From Euprymna scolopes (lineage: Eukaryota): DNA of 64,000 nt. The stretch lies in NCBI GenBank assembly GCA_053919585.1, contig CM132818.1. One strand, 5' to 3'. The position numbers and the translations under genes were made by a program. The first letter of the stretch is position 1; every line of letters starts with the position of its first letter. The notes under the pieces are model-generated. The model did not search any database. It saw only the letters and a list, made by a program, of their open reading frames with translations, and was not told where the DNA came from. This document shows, piece by piece, positions 1 to 14,463 of this stretch.

Positions 1-479
1 ATTTGTGCTGAGTAAGAAAAACTCAATAGCAATTCTGAAATCCAAAATTTTAGAAGATTTGAGGAACAAAATCTACAATAATATAGCAAGAGCTCTCATT
101 GCCTTGACAAAAACACTTGGCAATTTGATATAGGTAGGACTCCCAATATAGACCTCCATTGACACTAATATAGAATCTGCCACTAACACCCCATGCATAC
201 AAAGAATTTTAGTGTCATTATAACCAGCTATCATTCAAGTCTGAAAAAAAAAATAAAATAAAATAAAAAAAAAATAAATAAATATAAAAAGGTGCAAACT
301 TTAAAATTATCAGTTGAAAATTGCAAACATTTACTTTCATAAATAGTGTATTTCCATTTTCTTACGAAATGATTACTTTTATAGTTGTGACCTCTGCTTA
401 CATCTATCTGCACACGTCATGATCACTCATTGTAGCTCTAGGTAGGTTTCCCTTGGTTATCCTGAAATACCAGTAGTTT

Positions 480-930
480 TGGATTCGATATGGAATGATG
501 GATCCGATCTTTACTGCCTGACAATTTCAGGAAAAGTGCATTGAACAATACTACCAGGTCTTGTTGACGTTACAAAAACTCTGAAGACTGAATAGAGCAA
601 CAGTATGGAAAATCCTCAAAATTAGATGCATACCAGGATGAATCCCAATGCTTAAACAATTTCACTGGAACATAAAAGCAGACCTTCACTTTGACAGTAA
701 ACTCATTGAACCAATAGCTATTGATAAAAGTGTTAAACATTCTTCCAACATACTCTTCTATATAATTTGAAATTGTTTTTCAGAATTGTAATGTTGGTAT
801 GTTTTCTGAACTAGTGGCAAAATCTTCAATCTGACTCATTTAATGCAAAGTCCAAGAACATCTAAACTTTTGTGCAGGAGTTCCTCTATGCCAATGATGT
901 AAACTGTTGCCGACACTGAGGAGGACATGA
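480..930 (+). mobile_element. Highly decayed RTE-like LINE reverse transcriptase fragment
   Basis: Broken-frame remnants NRATVWKILK, KQFH and VQEFLYAND (YADD-like) in RT order. Confidence 0.4.
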
Positions 931-1864
931 ATCTCAAAAGAGTAACAAACTACCGAGTTTAGTTTCTATATATGCATTGATATGGCTTTTTAAAAACAAA
1001 TTAATCACAAAATCCAAAAAGTCTCAGGTTTTATCATACTTGACCATCAAGATAATGTTAAAATGATGACCATCCCGAGTGAGACACCTAAAGTTGTTCA
1101 GTTCAGTAGATGCATGCAAATTCACTATCTGTAGAGACCAAGTTCCAAAAACATCTACTTAAATATGTTAAGTGAGGAGCTTTCTTCTCACTACAATTTC
1201 TAATTTAATTAGACCTGGTTCTATCTGCAATCTTAATGGTCTACCTAAAACCCATAGAGGAGTACTACTATTAAGACTCATTTTATCTATGATAGGATCC
1301 TCACAAAATAAGTCAAATAGTTTGCCATTATTTTAGAACCAGTTTTGGAATGCTATAGTTTTGTATTTAGGATTCATTCACATTTGTGAATTTTATACAA
1401 AATTATTTTAACATTGACAAATTTATGTATTCTTTTGATATTTAGAGTTTTTTTTTTGTTTTTTTTTTAAAGACTTAGTATATGTGCAGATGACTTAAAT
1501 CATGGTCCAATCCACACTCCCCTATTCCAAAAAGTATTTTCATGGAATTCATGAAGATTGTCACTACATCAAATTCAGTTTTTATGACATACAGATTTAT
1601 AGCATCTCTATAGGTTCTTTCTTGGGATTGACATTGAATAACATTTTTGTAGTTTTTACTGAAGAATGTATTCTGGTTTTCAAAGATGTTAAAAATGAGA
1701 CTGAAGCATGTTTTTTTATGTCAACATCCATCCAGCTCTGAAGTTTACTTTGGATAAGGAAGTTAATTCATTTCTTCCATTTCTTAGTGTTAGTTTCTAA
1801 AGCTTTCTGATTTTCTCCCTTTGGTCTATCGAAACCAACATTTACTGCTTTTTTTTTTTTACAC

Positions 1865-2035
1865 TTGTTGGGACTCCTTTTGTCCCATAAAACAAAAGTT
1901 AAATTTAAGACCTTCCCCATCGGGTCTTAAATGATTTGTTTGAAGAAAAGACTGGATGATGAAATTAAGTTTATCACTAAGACTCTCTGCAACAATGGTT
2001 ACCCTTTAGACATTGTTGAATCTACAATTAAAATA
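1865..2035 (+). mobile_element. Penelope-like element fragment (RT thumb region)
   Basis: Translates RLDDEIKFITKTLCNNGYPLDIVESTIK, resembling the E...I...L..NGYP motif of Penelope RTs. Confidence 0.55.
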
Positions 2036-5000
2036 TAATTTCAAACTTTCATAAAAATAAAAAAAAATTGCCAAGATGACATTCTTTCCATTCCAGAAAT
2101 GTTTGTAACAAGCATTCAGAATAATTGATTATGAACAATTGTAAGCCTATAATTACTGGAATCCTTGAAATCTGTACCCCCCCCCCCAAAAAAAAAGGGG
2201 GGGGGGAGAGATTTTAAATTTCCTTCAACATGAGAAAGATGGTAAAAAAAAAATTGAAAGAATTGATTCAACTACCAAGTGACATCAAAGAAAAAACAAG
2301 ATCAACAATCTGATGATGTCAGAATATTGGAATTTGGTGAAGTTTAGAAGATAACAGACAAGTTGATGCAATAAACTAGATGAAAAGCTCAAAGCTGGTG
2401 GTACATGGAGATATCCACTAAGCTTCATATAAGATGAGGAAAAGACAATTTATGATAAGAAAAGCAACTGAAGCACGCACAGCTCAGCAATAAGTTGAAA
2501 CACGTACTGGAGCCGGACATGCTGTGGTTAACTATCAAGATTAGAAGAAATTCTCAGCACAAGTGACTTGTTGCCTTAGCAAAGGTATATTCAGAATCAT
2601 GCAAAGTTTCCAGTAACAACCTTGTTCTTTAGGGTTATCAGCAACAAAAATGACATGACACCTTACATCTGCATTTTGAGCAAGGTAATGAACCCCTGGA
2701 ATCAACCAGGTAAATCATACATGTGACCGTAAAAATCAGGTAAGACTGATAGACTTGTTGACAAAACCCTTTCCCCTAATACTAAGGATGAGCTAAAGGA
2801 TCTTAAGGTTTTTGAAGGCTTAATTTGCCATATAAATGAAAGCTTGTGGCTGGTTCCAAGGACACTTTAAGGTGGCCATTAAAACCAAAAGCTTGTTCAT
2901 AAAGTGAAGTCAAGAAAATAAAGACCAACCGAGTCAAATATGAATTCAAGATAAAATTTTAAAAGTAAAGTGGAAAATCCTATTTGTGAGACATTGGCCT
3001 GGGTTCTTAGTTGGACGAGTACACCCCTTGTCGATAAATGGGTATATTCCAGTCAGAATGTTGTGGTTTACTTGATCTGTGTTAGTAAATGGACTTTCTT
3101 GTATGTAGGGTATTGGCTTAGGTGGCAAAATACTTGCCTTGCATACAAGTAACTGGTTTTGAATCCTGAGTTTGGATATGTTCTATTAACGAGCCCAAAA
3201 GAGGGCAAAATGTGAATCTAGGACTTCTAGTCTGGTTTTCATGGTTTCTGGAAATAAATGAAGTGGATGACCAATCCAGTTTCTGCAAATACTGAATATA
3301 CAACACATAAGGTGTTGATATAATTGTGCATTGTTCTTGCCATCCACGTAAGACACTGATCATCTCAAGTGAAATCTAGGAAGTTATTAAATATTCCCAT
3401 ATTTTATGGAGAGAAGTATTGTGGATTTTACAAGTACTAGATTGTCTTTACTGAGCATAGCTATTGTATGAATTTAAACAGATAAATTAGGATGAAAGCA
3501 GAGTTAGGGTAACAAGTACTCCACAATCATCTTTTTAGATTATGGGGAAGAAAGGAAAAAGTTCCTAAACACAATTTGAGAAATGAATTTAGAGCAAAGA
3601 GAAATGTACAACATGCAACAATTAGTTTTTTTTTTTTAGCTTTCATTCTTGGAAAGATAAGTTGAGTAAAACACTGAGTTTCAGGTTTTTTTTTAATTTA
3701 AAAAATACCTCAAAATTTTGATGGATTGATACCTTTATTTCAATATTGATGCATGGATTGGAAACATGAACGGAGTATCGAAAACATCATCCAATTGGAC
3801 ACTTCAAAACCATTGCCATTGCAGTATATATGGTTTAATATAGAAGGACAGGGTTTCCATTTCTGAATTATTTGAAGAGTGCAGCATTAAGCATTGATGC
3901 ATTTCTAATGAAATCACAATTTTGTTGGGCAGGTCAACTTGTCTACATGAATGAAAGTGACTCACTTAAAGTCAATTGACAGGTGGTCAGAGTGTAAGAC
4001 ATCCATTACATAGGTATAAAGACAAATTGAAAAATAAACTTGCTGGTATGGAGATAAAAACTTGAAAATAATGCCTCAGATAGAAAGTTAAAGAGGGAAA
4101 AATATACTGCCGGCATTAACACTTGTGTAAACACAAGATTATCAAATCAAGCCAGTCTACATAGAATATGAATAGGAACTGTGCTTGTTTAACCCATAAC
4201 TTGAGTTAAACAAGGCATGGTGTCACTTTGAATGTAGGTTACCTGGACAGGAGTCAAACTTTAACACAGAGTTATGAACAGTACATAGGGCCCAAGCAAA
4301 GCTGGGCTGAACTGCTAGTGTGTAATGAAGACATCTGTCATATCGGAATGAATAGAGAAAATGACATTTCTTTTCCATCAGGTATAGGGAAACAATTATG
4401 AAAAACGAAAAAGTGGATTTAATTTGATGGTTAGGATTACCCAACAAATAGTAAAGACTGGCTCCATGTAATAACCCTCAAGAGAGGGGTTGATAACAAG
4501 AGCTGTGGTTGGGAATAAATGGTAGGAGGACTTTAATCAGTAAAGAACCCAATGAGCTTTATAGTAGTTGGCTTAAACTGATAGGGAAACCTAATGTTGG
4601 GAATTGAATGATAATCAATGTTTCACACTTCCATATTTTTATTGTCATCGGAATCTGTAAAATCAATTATTCAATCAAATTGATCGTCTACACTGGGAAC
4701 CCATTGCAGTGCACCAGGAGGAAGTTTCACATGCCTTTCTGCAGTGACCGTCCACAATATATTGTAGTCTACCTTGCACTGTAAAGAACCCACTGATTTT
4801 ATAAAATCATTTTTTATATATAATAGTTTGAATTAAAGTTTAAAATGCAAAAAGTCTAGTATCATGCTTCAATTGTGCACTAAATAGAAACATTTCAAAC
4901 ATGCCTGTCATATCAAAGAACTTGATTTTATAAATCGTGGTTTTTGTGGTACTAAAACTTCTCAAATGTACTCATGTTAGGTTGTGTAAGGTGTTAACTG

Positions 5001-8000
5001 ATCAAAATCGTTTCTTCTTGCATCAGATTATCAATTATTGATACTTATCAAAGACATTCTAATACAACACCTATCTAAGAACACTGCCAAAGTTCTTTAG
5101 TGTTAAATTTCATAAAAAATCTTTCTAGCTGTTTTCGAATCCATAGGAAATGAACTCAGTTCCTTATAGACATTAGGGCTAGATTAAACAAAAAACAAAG
5201 ATCCAATGGGCAATCACAGGCACTGAATTGTATGCAATGCAGAGGAGCATTAACATGCTATCAATCAATACATTAGTGTCACGTTACTGATAGGATATGA
5301 CTACTAATGAAAACAAAACTCTTCATTCTAATTTTGAAGAGTTCTTCACTAAAAGTATCAAAAGTATGTTGTGAAAGGTTACCTGCATTTGCCTGATGGA
5401 TTGATAGTCGTTAATACCTTTCGCTTGTATGATCGAATGTGCACACTTGGAGAGAAATGGTGAATTTTGGAAAGATGCTAAGAAAATATTCTGATGAAAG
5501 GGAAGCATACTGAATGCTGTGCAAAATAAAAAAGAAAGCTTCTAACATTCAACCGTCGTTCCGAAGTGCAACATTAGGTGATGATAAGAGGAGTCATTCA
5601 AAATAGATTGATAAGCTAAGTTTGATGAAAAGGAGCTATGCTTAATCTAACCTTGGGTAACCAGGTTGATAAAGGAAGTATCATTCACTTGGCTGACGAT
5701 ACAGAAGTTCCTCTGGGTCAGCAACAGCCTATATAGTTGGCATTGCTATTACACCATTTAGTGGTGAGGGTGTAGTGTCTTTCATTGCAACAAGTTAGTT
5801 GAAGGCTTACTATTCCACATGTTTAAGGGATAATTCTTTATCCTTGTTCGTAGCAATTGAGTGCCAGCATTTGATAAAGAGAAACACTAATAATTTGATC
5901 AACGTAATGGCAGGAATTTTACATGAATAAAAGCACTTGTTTTCTAACATTTGAAAACAAAAATTTGGCGAAAGATAAGCAGGAAGTTCATGACTAGATA
6001 TTGAATAGTATTTGGATGTTGAAGTTTGGGCTTCCAAAATAACTGGCATTTTCTAACCCAAATTAGATTTGATTTATTTTCAAATATATTTTAAACAACT
6101 TACCTAGAGTATGCATGGAAGTACTCCTTTATTTTTTGCCACTATTGTTCAGGGTTCCTCTTCCTCATTTAGGTGACTTGATTTGTCAGATGTAGGTCTG
6201 CTTTTACAATTTTAATGTTTCAAGAGTTTGCATCAACTTTGTCAACAAATATGCTTACCTGCCATGTTTAGAAAGTGAGGGTTGGGAGAGGGGGATTATT
6301 ATCAAAAGGGATTTTCCTCTTTATATATGTTCATAATTGCACAACTTTTATTGCCCCTTCCTCCATTGCATATTGTTCATGTAGATTATAAGTAGGTAAC
6401 TCATTGAACGATTTTGTTTTAGCGATTGGCAAATCAATAATCAGGATTTTGGCGATTTAAATGTTATGATCGATAATTGACTAGATAAGTTAGTCAAGAT
6501 AAACATGACTAACCCGCCCACAACCTTGTCCCCAGATTTCCTTTTCGGCCGGATGGCAAAATTTGTATTTTTGTTTTAAATATTTTATTCAATAAAGAGC
6601 CTCTCACTTGGGACAAATAGGTAAGAAGTCTTGTTATAAAGGCTAGAAACTTTCAACAATCCCCAGACAAAATTGAGGCATTTTGAGAAATACTTCCAAT
6701 GTAATTTCAAATAAACACATTAGACAATAACAAAATTACTAAAACCGAACTGGTAATACTTATGGGGTTTTTCAAGTGTGGGATTCTTGTATGAGAGTCC
6801 GTTTAAACACCGAAGGCTATAAATTTCAAAAGGCTATAATATATAATAACAGGAAGACCAAGCTTGTAGTGATTTAAGAGAAGAAAAAAAAAAAAAAAAA
6901 GGAAAAAAAAGTCCATCTTTATCAAAGAAATACATATCACATTTGGAGGACCTGTTCTTACAGTCAAATTTTATGGATTATTTAAGGACAATGCCAACTA
7001 TGAAGGATTTATTGAAGACAAACAGCTGCTACTGCTCTTCAAATGTTTGATCAACCAAGTTGTTTACATTCATTAACCCTAACAACTCAGATCATGGAAA
7101 AGCAACCAGATTAGAAAAGTGGGGTTCATACCTCTTAAGTACGTGAGTGTAATAGCGTCAACAGAAAAAAAACTAGAACTTTATTTTTTTTAGCATTTGT
7201 TTTTATATTTACGAAGATTACTTTAACATTTTTTGAAAGATTAAGTTATTTCTGTTAGGATCAATAAAAAAAAAAAAAATAAAAACACTGGAATGTTGGT
7301 GAGAATCACTTGAAGTTCAAATGGAAGCCCATAACACAAATTGCTCATTTCCTCACAAACAAACAAACATTCTGTTCCACTAGGAAGATATGAGGCACAA
7401 TGCAAAAAGGTTGAGTATGATAGGCCAGAATACAAAAATTGCTTGAGCAATTCCAACATTCCAATAGGAGCACCTAAGGAGATTAGCCATAAACTGAAAA
7501 CTCAAAACGAGGTAAAGCCCGAGAGTGAACCTCCTAGGACTATCCAGAAAAATCAAATAAAGCAAGGCCAGAAGAAACTACAAATGACCCACTCACTGCT
7601 GGACTGATCGTAGAAGATATATCGACTGGAACATAATTTTGTGATACATTCCTGGGCAAATTCTTTTAAACTTTACAAAAACAAAATAAATCAGACATCT
7701 GATTTTAAACTTTCAAGTGTATTCATTACACCTCGCCTCAAACAGAGGATTTAGCGAATGGTGGCAGAAATTAGCAGATTCTACAAAATTTTCCCAACTG
7801 TGAAATGAGGGCACCATAGATTGAAACTCCGGAATACTTGCCATGAAAATAATGATAGAGCAGAGTAGCAACATAACTACTTGATAAATTCTGTTTATCA
7901 ATTTCTGATTTCAAAACCAGAAGTCATCACCAAGTAGACATTTTCTCTTTAACCAACTTTTGATAACATCAGAGACGAGTATCCAAGCTTTCATTAGGAC

Positions 8001-9787
8001 TGTTGGCCTTGTGCAATTCTAAAGGGAGTCAAGATTGTTTGGGATTCAACAAAAAAAAAAGTCTAAGAAACATTGGAAGAGTTTTTGTCAATTTTATAGC
8101 ATTTTTAAATGCTGGAGAAGGAGTATGGGTTTATACTTTTCTCCATTAAGTAAATTACTAAGTTCAACTCCAGTTGAACTTTGCAGATTTCATAATCTGC
8201 ACCATTATACCACTTGAAATTTGTTTCACAATAAACTCCAGTTAAAAATTAGATTTGTTCATTATATAATTGTTTTAATTAAAAAAAAAAAAATTCATCT
8301 TCCACCCACACAATAAAATGCAGTTTCAATTATCTGTACTTAAAATCCGAAGACCCCCCCCCCAAAAAAAAAAAACCTATTTACCGATATGTATACCCAA
8401 CATTCAGGTGTTTTAATGCAATTAAGCAAAAAGATTGACACATTCTTTTCCGCTTGTAAAAGATGTAGTTTTTACAAAAAGTGAAAACATTTTTTAAAAT
8501 GTTAGTTAGAAATCTAAACAAGAGCAATTGATCATTTAAAAGATCATGCAATTAGTTACTCCATTTAAAAAAAAAAAAAAAAAAAAAAATGGTGTAATAT
8601 TCATGTTCTCTTCAAAAGTGCATGAACAAATAAACAGCCACAATTAAAAATTGGGGAAGATTTTTTGTCTAATCAGAATTACGTGGAGGAAATAGCTGCA
8701 ACCAGTAACCCGAGCTTTAATTTGCGGTTATTTCTGGATATCCTTGTGAAGTACTCAAAAGAAGTTGATCAAGAGTAAATCTATGACTACTGACAAAAAC
8801 AAAAAAACTTCAACTTAACATCTGCGGCCAACGAACAAGTTAGAGTTTGTTTATCTTCAAATCTTTCATTTAACGGGCAAACAACTAAATCACAAAATCA
8901 GCTTAAGTTGAGCCGTCGCCACAAGAAACACCACGTATCACACAAGGCAAAAAATTTATAATGTATATGCCCTTTCTGTATTCTTATAGACTGGAATGTA
9001 TCAATCGGACCGACAAATTACATCAGAAAGTAAACACCTAAAGCCAGATCGAGTACTTCATTACTGATCAAAAATTATCTGATCATATTAGTATTTGCAT
9101 AGTGAAAACTCATTGGCATCATTTAATGACAAGCTTTGAAATTGGTCATGTTAAGCATTCCGGTATTTTGTTATGCAAAATATGCATTGGAAGCCAATTG
9201 AAAGGTAAAAAAAAAAGTGGACAGACAACATTTGTGAATGGACAAATATAAACCAAGTGAACACCTTTGCCCAAGATCGTGAGACTTGGGGGGAGGGGGC
9301 ATTCCACCATGTTAACACATTTTACAGCTAACGTAGATAATGTTTAATAAATATTGCACATTTAAACTTCATAAATAAAAGGTTGATTATCGAATGCTGA
9401 TAGTGAGTGTTTAACAATGATTTGATTTCAGACATTTAAGGAGGAGGAGGTTCGTTCTAAGCAAATTTTTCCTCAATTGCTTTTCTTGTACAATGAAAAG
9501 TATTTTCAATAAATGTTGGCATGGGAGGATATAAGCTTATTTTAGATATCAAAGTGAAATAATTTGATAAAGCTGCAAAGCAAAAAAAAAAAAGATTGGC
9601 ACATTTGTTTATAATTTGTAGCATTTACAGTTGAATAAAATATAAACTTTAAAAATTTTTTAAAGTCATTATAAATAAAGTTTTTTTTTTTTTTACATGC
9701 TAATTATTCACTGATACAGTGATTTCACGTCTTAAGCAAAACATTTTGTCCATTGGTACCCCCATTCCAGATTAAAAAAAAAAGTTA

Positions 9788-9920
9788 TCACAGATTGCAG
9801 GAGTTGAGGGGCCATTCAAAAGGTGCATATTTGATCGCAACATTGCCTATTTTGTCCAAAGTAATAAGTAGAAGACGGGCACGTTCTTGCTTCTCCTTAG
9901 ACAAATAATGTAATGTTGAT
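9788..9920 (-). CDS. DUF547-family protein, terminal coding exon
   Basis: Acceptor tctcttccAG. Phase 2 matches the previous exon. Translates (K)STLHYLSKEKQERARLLLITLDKIGNVAIKYAPFEWPLNSCNL*, with a C-terminal Y..F/YxW.LN motif typical of DUF547 proteins. TGA at 9790-9788. Confidence 0.88.
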
Positions 9921-10941
9921 CTGGAAGAGAAAAAAAAAAAAAGAATTTATTTTAAGAACTAATAAAAAAAAAAAAAAAGAATTTATTTTAAGAACTAATA
10001 AAAAAAAAAAAAATCATAATTAAAAATATTGAAGCTTAAGTGAAATATGGCAGTTCAGTATAAGATAACAGAAAACTTATATTCATAAATATTAGTGAAA
10101 AATATTAATGTATACCATAAAATAAAAATCAGAAAAGTAGAATTTGAATATTAAATAAATTTACTATTCAATGTCCACGAACACCAACTGACAAGCTAGC
10201 ATGTCATTTTAACTTTTTTTTTTAGAAGGGAGATAATCTATGACAAACATTTTTTCGTCCCTTAATGGAATGTAGTTATTTTGGAATAAACAACCAACTG
10301 CAAATTCTTATACGAAATGGGCACTACCAGATGTATTTACATGTAATGATGGCTACTGTATTGAATTGGCCAAGGCACATTCATCTAAAGTGCACCAACA
10401 ACCGTTAGTTATGAGAAATATTTTGTGTGAGAGCAAATACGTTTTAATAAATTCTAGTTATTTAAAAAATATTTCAGGAAGTTGTGCAAATCAAAATGTT
10501 AAAGTCTCCGCATACATTGAGTTTTGTCAGAAATATAAATACTAATACATACATTTGCCTAAAAGGTTATTCTTAGGACAAATCAGTTATGCTAGTAAAG
10601 TAAGGTGGCGCATTCATTCTTCTGGATAAACCTCTGTAAATACATGGATGCCTTAAATTGCAGGAAGGTTAGCTGGCCAGAGAAAACTTGGAAGCAACTA
10701 ATTAAACAAGACTAGAGTGGAATTTGGAGATTGCTGAACAGTAATCAGCAGAGTGAGCATGCATAATATCAAAAAAATGTCTGAAACCGTGAAAAGTGAG
10801 ATTAAAAAAAAAAAAAAAAAAAAAGTCATGTATTTCATGGAGTTAACTTTGTTCACCTTTGAAAAGAATTTTCAGGCAAAATTTGAAAAGACAGGATTGA
10901 AGTTTCAAAAAAACATTTCATCTGGTGTAGTTTTCACTTAC

Positions 10942-11120
10942 TTGATAACATCGATGTCTTGTTTACCAAAATCTTTGAGATACCATTTGAAGAATCCTGG
11001 TAACCAGATCTCATTCACCTCCGTGTACATGCAGATTTCTTTCTCACAAAATGTTTTTGCCGCTTCATCCAAGGACTTGTCCAAGTTGGAACCATGGTAG
11101 ACATTTAAAGCAGGACTTGA
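10942..11120 (-). CDS. DUF547-family protein, internal exon
   Basis: ttgttttcAG acceptor, GTAAGT donor, 179 nt, phase 0 to 2. SSPALNVYHGSNLDKSLDEAAKTFCEKEICMYTEVNEIWLPGFFKWYLKDFGKQDIDVI contains the F.WY..DFG motif. Confidence 0.92.
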
Positions 11121-12084
11121 CTGAAAACAAAATGCTCACTTTAAATATGTAAAACTAAAAAAAGTTCTACAGAAAAATTTTACAAATACAGCCATAAAGA
11201 AGAAGTTTTCTAATATCTTTAATCCTTAATATTCCACATTTAAAACAAAAGGGAACATGTTCATTCAAACATGGCGACTCGTGAATTACAGGTCTTTCTA
11301 TCTTGGAAACTAATGGTTTGCAAAATTTAAATGAGATTTTCTTATTCAGCATAGTCGAAAACCTATAAAAAAATCATTTTAAAGAAAATTGGAGGTGGAC
11401 CTAATGTAACAATTTACCAAATTTATAAAGACCAATGATTTTATTAATGACAACTGAATATTCCATGTAATTGAAGTAAACTGTCAAAAGAAATCACATT
11501 TATCAATGTTATACAGCTCCACCTGAAAGGGATTTTGAACCAGTACCAGTTTTTTTTTTTTTTTTTTTTTTTTTACTTGTTTACCCAGTACAGTTAAGGA
11601 ATCCGAAAACAGGGAGAGAATTTCAAAATGTAGCAGTCTAAGGGAAGAAACCATTAGAATAGAAGGCTTTCCAGCATCTAAGGAGTGAAGGGGTTGAATT
11701 TTGCTACTAGACGGGCTTGTCAAGAGTATGAAAGTCAAAAAAGCAAACTTAATCTCACTCGTATAGTACATGCAGGTCTACAGACTAAAAATGTTTTGTA
11801 TTCTTGTCAATGTAACTTTCCGGCTATGTTGATGAAAATGTTTGAATAAAATGGATTTGAATGGCAGAAGTTTGTCCTTTTAACCAAATTATGGTAATTG
11901 TTTTCATATATTGCAAGATCAGAAGGATGAATGTCTATTCAACAACCTTTTTCATCATAAACTCTTCACACTTTATGTGCAAAGACTGCTTTGTTAAAAT
12001 TTATAAAATTTTTTTGAAGTCTGGACTTTATGAAAAATAAGTGATATTTGATAAGGACTAGCCAAATTCAATGAAAGGGTCTAA

Positions 12085-12590
12085 TCTAATTGATAAAAGG
12101 CAAAATGTGTGGATCTTGCAAACAATTGACAGGCAATGGATTCTCACAAAATCAGTATCGTTTTAAAGCTCGACTCTTTGGACAACAAATATCGAAAAAT
12201 TGGCCAAAAACATTTATTCCTTCACCGTCAACTGGGCAGTTTTGTACAAGGAAGGGTCACTTTTTTGTCAACATTTTTGCAAATTCATCTAGCACGCTTG
12301 CAATGACTGGCCTTAATTTGAACGGCAGCGAAGTCATGGTGGCCGCGGGGGTTAAGCAGTTTGCTTTTTACACCTTTTCGTCCTTCACGTTACAGGTTTG
12401 AGCCTGACAATTATTTAAAAAAATTTTTTTTGAGGCTTACGTAATGGGATTTTTTTTCCTCTAAAAAACCCGAAAGGAATTATTTTACCAGTCGCTTGAA
12501 CTTTTTTCACACCCCTCTCCACCTGTATTTTTTCTGGTTGTATAGACTCCTTAATACACCACCTTACCACACCTGGGCAACCCCCCCTAG
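12085..12590 (+). mobile_element. Non-autonomous Helitron-like element (family A)
   Basis: A|TC start and CTAG|T end after a GC-rich subterminal stretch. Body (gacaggcaatggattctcacaaaatcagtatcg...) is shared with copies near 42.0, 53.4 and 57.0 kb. Confidence 0.65.
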
Positions 12591-14344
12591 TTTAGAATAA
12601 AGTAGATTAACTAAGGTGACAGGGCAAGGGTTCAAACAATACAAGTAGTAGCATTTGTGTAGTTATGCAGTTAGAATAGAAATTTTAGACGAAATGAATA
12701 CATAGCTGACGAGACAATCATTTTTAGTTCATTTGATGTTAAAATTGATAGCGATTGAAAATTAATATAGAGCTTAATCCTTTCCCTTTAGAATGGAAAT
12801 GGGCATGCGTGTACACATTAGACATGGCAAGTGTTTCCAGTAGAAATAGTTACTCGACCTACTGGAGGGCTCAATCCATAAGCAAAAAGCAAATGTAGTC
12901 ATTCACATACAGCGGTTTTCTCAATATCACAGCTCCTCAATGTGGCTGGGCATGGCAGGTGGTTCAAGGATTTGAAACCTGACTCCACTAGTATAGTAAT
13001 CAGTAGTCTTACCCCTAAACCATTTTGCACGCCACAAAATAGAAATATTTCTATACTTGTTCACACTAACAGTTCCTGATAATTACAGAGACAAACTTGA
13101 CAGTTATTTCACTCACTAGAGATCAAATATCAGTATAAAATTGATCAAATTCAACCAGAGAGCAGCTTGGTTGAAAGGAATATTCCATTTCTTTATAAAA
13201 TGCAGAAACGTATCTAATTGCCACCCCCTCCCTTCTACTAGATACTAGTTTCACAGAAACTTGCCATTTTTAAGACACACTCACAGGTTTTGATATAAAC
13301 AGAAAATAAAGTTTACTATTGTCAATCTTCAATTGCATTTCGTGTTCAAAAGGAAATAAGCTTTTTTATTACATAATAGCTTTTCTTACATCAGAAAAAC
13401 ATTTTAATTAACCTTTTCTAAAATGAAGTCATCATCCAAGTCGATCTCTACAAAAACTTATTTTGGTCTTTAGCTATGGATTCACCTTCACTTCATCCAT
13501 TTTAAACTATAAATCTTCAGCCACCATTTTTGACCACATTTGGAAACAATTTATTAGTGGGGGAGATGCATGTTAATTGAAATTTGATGTAGGTTATGCG
13601 TAATAGATCTTGACATGACCATCTGATCCATGGAATCAGGCTCTGACTACCCGTCTTGGCCAAGTAAAAGTCCAAAGGAGGTGTTACAAGTCACAAGACC
13701 ATTTTTGCAAATGAGACTCATCCACCAAAATCTATCTGAAGCAGAAAATGATTTTTTACTGTTAGATATAGAATATGAAACAATTCAGTTATACAGAATC
13801 GATTATTTTCTTAAATTCCCCATAAAAAAAAAAAAAAGTGATGTATATATCTATAACAAAAAAAAAAAAAAAACATTTTACATCATGTATATTGATTTAG
13901 TATTTTTCTAAAAAATTTTTTTAAGTGTATTTGAATTTTTCAACTCATCCCCCTGTTAAAAATGGCTTTTTAAAATCTTAATTTCTTTGGTATTCCTTCA
14001 GAATATTTTTAAGATGGTGTGGTCTCTTGTAACTCACCATAAAAATTTTATTTTCTTATTTAAAAACAAAACTAGATTAATTTACATAATTTTTGGCCCA
14101 CGATATTCTTTCCATCACTGGTACAGAAGTTTATTTTTAATATAAAGGAAATTCTGGATGAGCACTGAATAATGTAATAAACTAAGTATAATGTTGAATT
14201 TTTAAAATTGTATTTTTTGAGCATTGACTCGAGTGTCTATTTAACACGAAAATTTAGTGGAAATGTGAAGCAGAAAAGATTGCGAGCTCAATTAACAGTT
14301 TAAAAACAAATGCTTAAAAATAAAATGTTTAAGTTGTAAATTAC

Positions 14345-14463
14345 CTTACAACCCCACACGATTGCAAAGTGGATTCTTGGATCAAGTTTTGTTATCGTAA
14401 ACTGTAAACGAGGATCTTGGGATTCAAAGTGAGGCTTGATTGATGCTGGTTCTGGACGATTTC
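14345..14463 (-). CDS. DUF547-family protein, internal exon
   Basis: ctctcctaaaAG acceptor, GTAATT donor, 119 nt, phase 1 to 0. (G)NRPEPASIKPHFESQDPRLQFTITKLDPRIHFAIVWGCK contains the DPRIHFA motif. Confidence 0.92.

Noticed and set aside
2970-3152. NVVVYLICVSKWTFLYVG as a GIY-YIG endonuclease motif
   Set aside because: The resemblance is superficial. The downstream R/H/E residues are not recognisable and the region is too decayed to call.
10753-11100. Plus-strand ORFs 10753-11100 and 21801-22106 as genes
   Set aside because: They are antisense shadows of the minus-strand DUF547 exons.
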